Assembly (NCBI GenBank): GCA_964016885.1
Contig: OZ024745.1
Location: 23,436,001 to 23,500,000 of the forward strand
Length of the DNA: 64,000 nt
DNA from: Eledone cirrhosa
Lineage: Eukaryota
Direction of reading: 5' to 3'
Part shown: in pieces, positions 60,989 through 64,000 of the stretch
Numbering within the stretch: position 1 is the stretch's first letter
Layout: every line of letters starts with the position of its first letter
Made by a program: the position numbers and the translations under genes
The notes under the pieces: generated by a model
Told to the model about the DNA's origin: nothing
Databases searched by the model: none
Seen by the model: the letters and a program-made list of their open reading frames with translations, nothing else

Positions 60989-63900
60989 CAGCGTCTTAAG
61001 TATATATGATTCACTGAGTACAGTGTCTTAAGTATATATGATTGACTGAGTACAGCGTCTTAAGTATATATGATTCACTGAGTACAGTGTCTTAAGTATA
61101 TATGATTGACTGAGTACAGCGTCTTAAGTATATATGATTGACTGAGTACAGCGTCTTAAGTATATATGATTGACTGAGTATAGCGTCTTAAGTATATATG
61201 ATTGACTGAGTACAGCGTCTTAAGTATATATGATTGACTGAGTATAGCGTCTTAAGTATATATGATTCACTGAGTACAGTGTCTTAAGTATATATGATTG
61301 ACTGAGTACAGTGTCTTAAGTATATATGATTCACTGAGTACAGTGTCTTAAGTATATATGATTCACTGAGTACAGTGTCTTAAGTATATATGATTCACTG
61401 AGTACAGCGTCTTAAGTATATATGATTGACTGAGTACAGCGTCTTAAGTATATATGATTGACTGAGTATAGCGTCTTAAGTATATATGATTGACTGAGTA
61501 CAGCGTCTTAAGTATATATGATTGACTGAGTATAGCGTCTTAAGTATATATGATTCACTGAGTACAGTGTCTTAAGTATATATGATTCACAGAGTACAGC
61601 GTCTTAAGTATATATGATTCACAGAGTACAGCGTCTTAAGTATATATGATTCACAGAGTACAGCGTCTTAAGTATATATGATTGACTGAGTACAGCGTCT
61701 TAAGTATATATGATTCACAGAGTACAGCGTCTTAAGTATATATGATTGACTGAGTACAGCGTCTTAAGTATATATGATTGACTGAGTACAGTGTCTTAAG
61801 TATATATGATTGACTGAGTACAGTGTCTTAAGTATATATGATTGACTGAGTACAGCGTCTTAAGTATATATGATTGACTGAGTACAGCGTCTTAAGTATA
61901 TATGATTGACTGAGTACAGCGTCTTAAGTATATATGATTGACTGAGTACAGCGTCTTAAGTATATATGATTGACTGAGTATAGCGTCTTAAGTATATATG
62001 ATTGACTGAGTACAGCGTCTTAAGTATATATGATTGACTGAGTATAGCGTCTTAAGTATATATGATTCACTGAGTACAGTGTCTTAAGTATATATGATTG
62101 ACTGAGTACAGTGTCTTAAGTATATATGATTCACTGAGTACAGTGTCTTAAGTATATATGATTCACTGAGTACAGTGTCTTAAGTATATATGATTCACTG
62201 AGTACAGCGTCTTAAGTATATATGATTGACTGAGTACAGCGTCTTAAGTATATATGATTGACTGAGTATAGCGTCTTAAGTATATATGATTGACTGAGTA
62301 CAGCGTCTTAAGTATATATGATTGACTGAGTATAGCGTCTTAAGTATATATGATTCACTGAGTACAGTGTCTTAAGTATATATGATTCACAGAGTACAGC
62401 GTCTTAAGTATATATGATTCACAGAGTACAGCGTCTTAAGTATATATGATTCACAGAGTACAGCGTCTTAAGTATATATGATTGACTGAGTACAGCGTCT
62501 TAAGTATATATGATTCACAGAGTACAGCGTCTTAAGTATATATGATTGACTGAGTACAGCGTCTTAAGTATATATGATTGACTGAGTACAGTGTCTTAAG
62601 TATATATGATTGACTGAGTACAGTGTCTTAAGTATATATGATTGACTGAGTACAGCGTCTTAAGTATATATGATTGACTGAGTACAGCGTCTTAAGTATA
62701 TATGATTGACTGAGTACAGCGTCTTAAGTATTTATGATTGACTGAGTACAGCGTCTTAAGTATATATGATTGACTGAGTATAGCGTCTTAAGTATATATG
62801 ATTGACTGAGTACAGTGTATTAAGTATATATGATTGACTGAGTACAGCGTCTTAAGTATATATGATTGACTGAGTACAGCGTCTTAAGTATATATGATTG
62901 ACTGAGTACAGCGTCTTAAGTATATATGATATCACTGAGTACAGCGTCTTAAGTATTTATGATTGACTGACTACAGCGTCTTAAGTATTTATGATTGACT
63001 GAGTACAGCGTCTTAAGTATTTATGATTGACTGAGTACAGCGTCTTAAGTATATATGATTGACTGAGTACAGCGTCTTAAGTATATATGATTGACTGAGT
63101 ACAGTGTCTTAAGTATATATGATTGACTGAGTACAGCGTCTTAGGTATATATGATTGACTGAGTACAGCGTCTTAAGTATATATGATTGACTGAGTACAG
63201 TGTCTTAAGTATATATGATTGACTGAGTACAGTGTCTTAAGTATATATGATTGACTGAGTACAGCGTCTTAGGTATATATGATTGACTGAGTACAGCGTC
63301 TTAAGTATATATGATTGACTGAGTACAGTGTCTTAAGTATATATGATTGACTGAGTACAGTGTCTTAAGTATATATGATTGACTGAGTACAGCGTCTTAG
63401 GTATATATGATTGACTGAGTACAGCGTCTTAAGTATATATGATTGACTGAGTACAGTGTCTTAAGTATATATGATTGACTGAGTACAGCGTCTTAAGTAT
63501 ATATGATTGACTGAGTACAGTGTCTTAAGTATATATGATTGACTGAGTACAGTGTCTTAAGTATATATGATTGACTGAGTACAGTGTCTTAAGTATATAT
63601 GATTGACTGAGTACAGCGTCTTAGGTATATATGATTGACTGAGTACAGCGTCTTAAGTATATATGATTGACTGAGTACAGTGTCTTAAGTATATATGATT
63701 GACTGAGTACAGCGTCTTAAGTATATATGATTGACTGAGTACAGCGTCTTAAGTATATATGATTGACTGAGTACAGTGTCTTAAGTATATATGATTGACT
63801 GAGTACAGTGTCTTAAGTATATATGATTGACTGAGTACAGCGTCTTAAGTATATATGATTGACTGAGTACAGCGTCTTAAGTATATATGATTGACTGAGT

Positions 63901-64000
63901 ACAGTGTCTTAAGTATATATGATTGACTGAGTACAGTGTCTTAAGTATATATGATTGACTGAGTACAGTGTCTTAAGTATATATGATTGACTGAGTACAG
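60989..64000. repeat. 32-bp tandem satellite, about 94 copies, running off the right edge
   Basis: CTTAAGTATATATGATT(G/C)ACTGAGTACAG(C/T)GT. Confidence 0.99.

Overview
Repeat-saturated, non-coding animal DNA. The microsatellite load and SINE types look like an octopod cephalopod genome; this is an inference and cannot be verified here. No intact host gene is recognisable, and nearly all long ORFs are translations of tandem or simple repeats. Tandem arrays: 45 bp (1-14878), 41 bp, 27 bp, 14-16 bp and 32 bp (to the window end). Mobile elements: at least three tRNA-derived SINE families, two Helitrons (one with a Pif1-type helicase remnant), a Tc1/mariner-type MITE, and remnants of RTE, L1/Tx1 and probably CRE LINEs. 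Most notable: (i) about six hammerhead-ribozyme-like motifs in Penelope-pLTR-like fragments next to (TA)n/(CA)n tracts, (ii) two satellites apparently amplified from different parts of one SINE family, and (iii) an RTE copy with a twin-priming 5' inversion.
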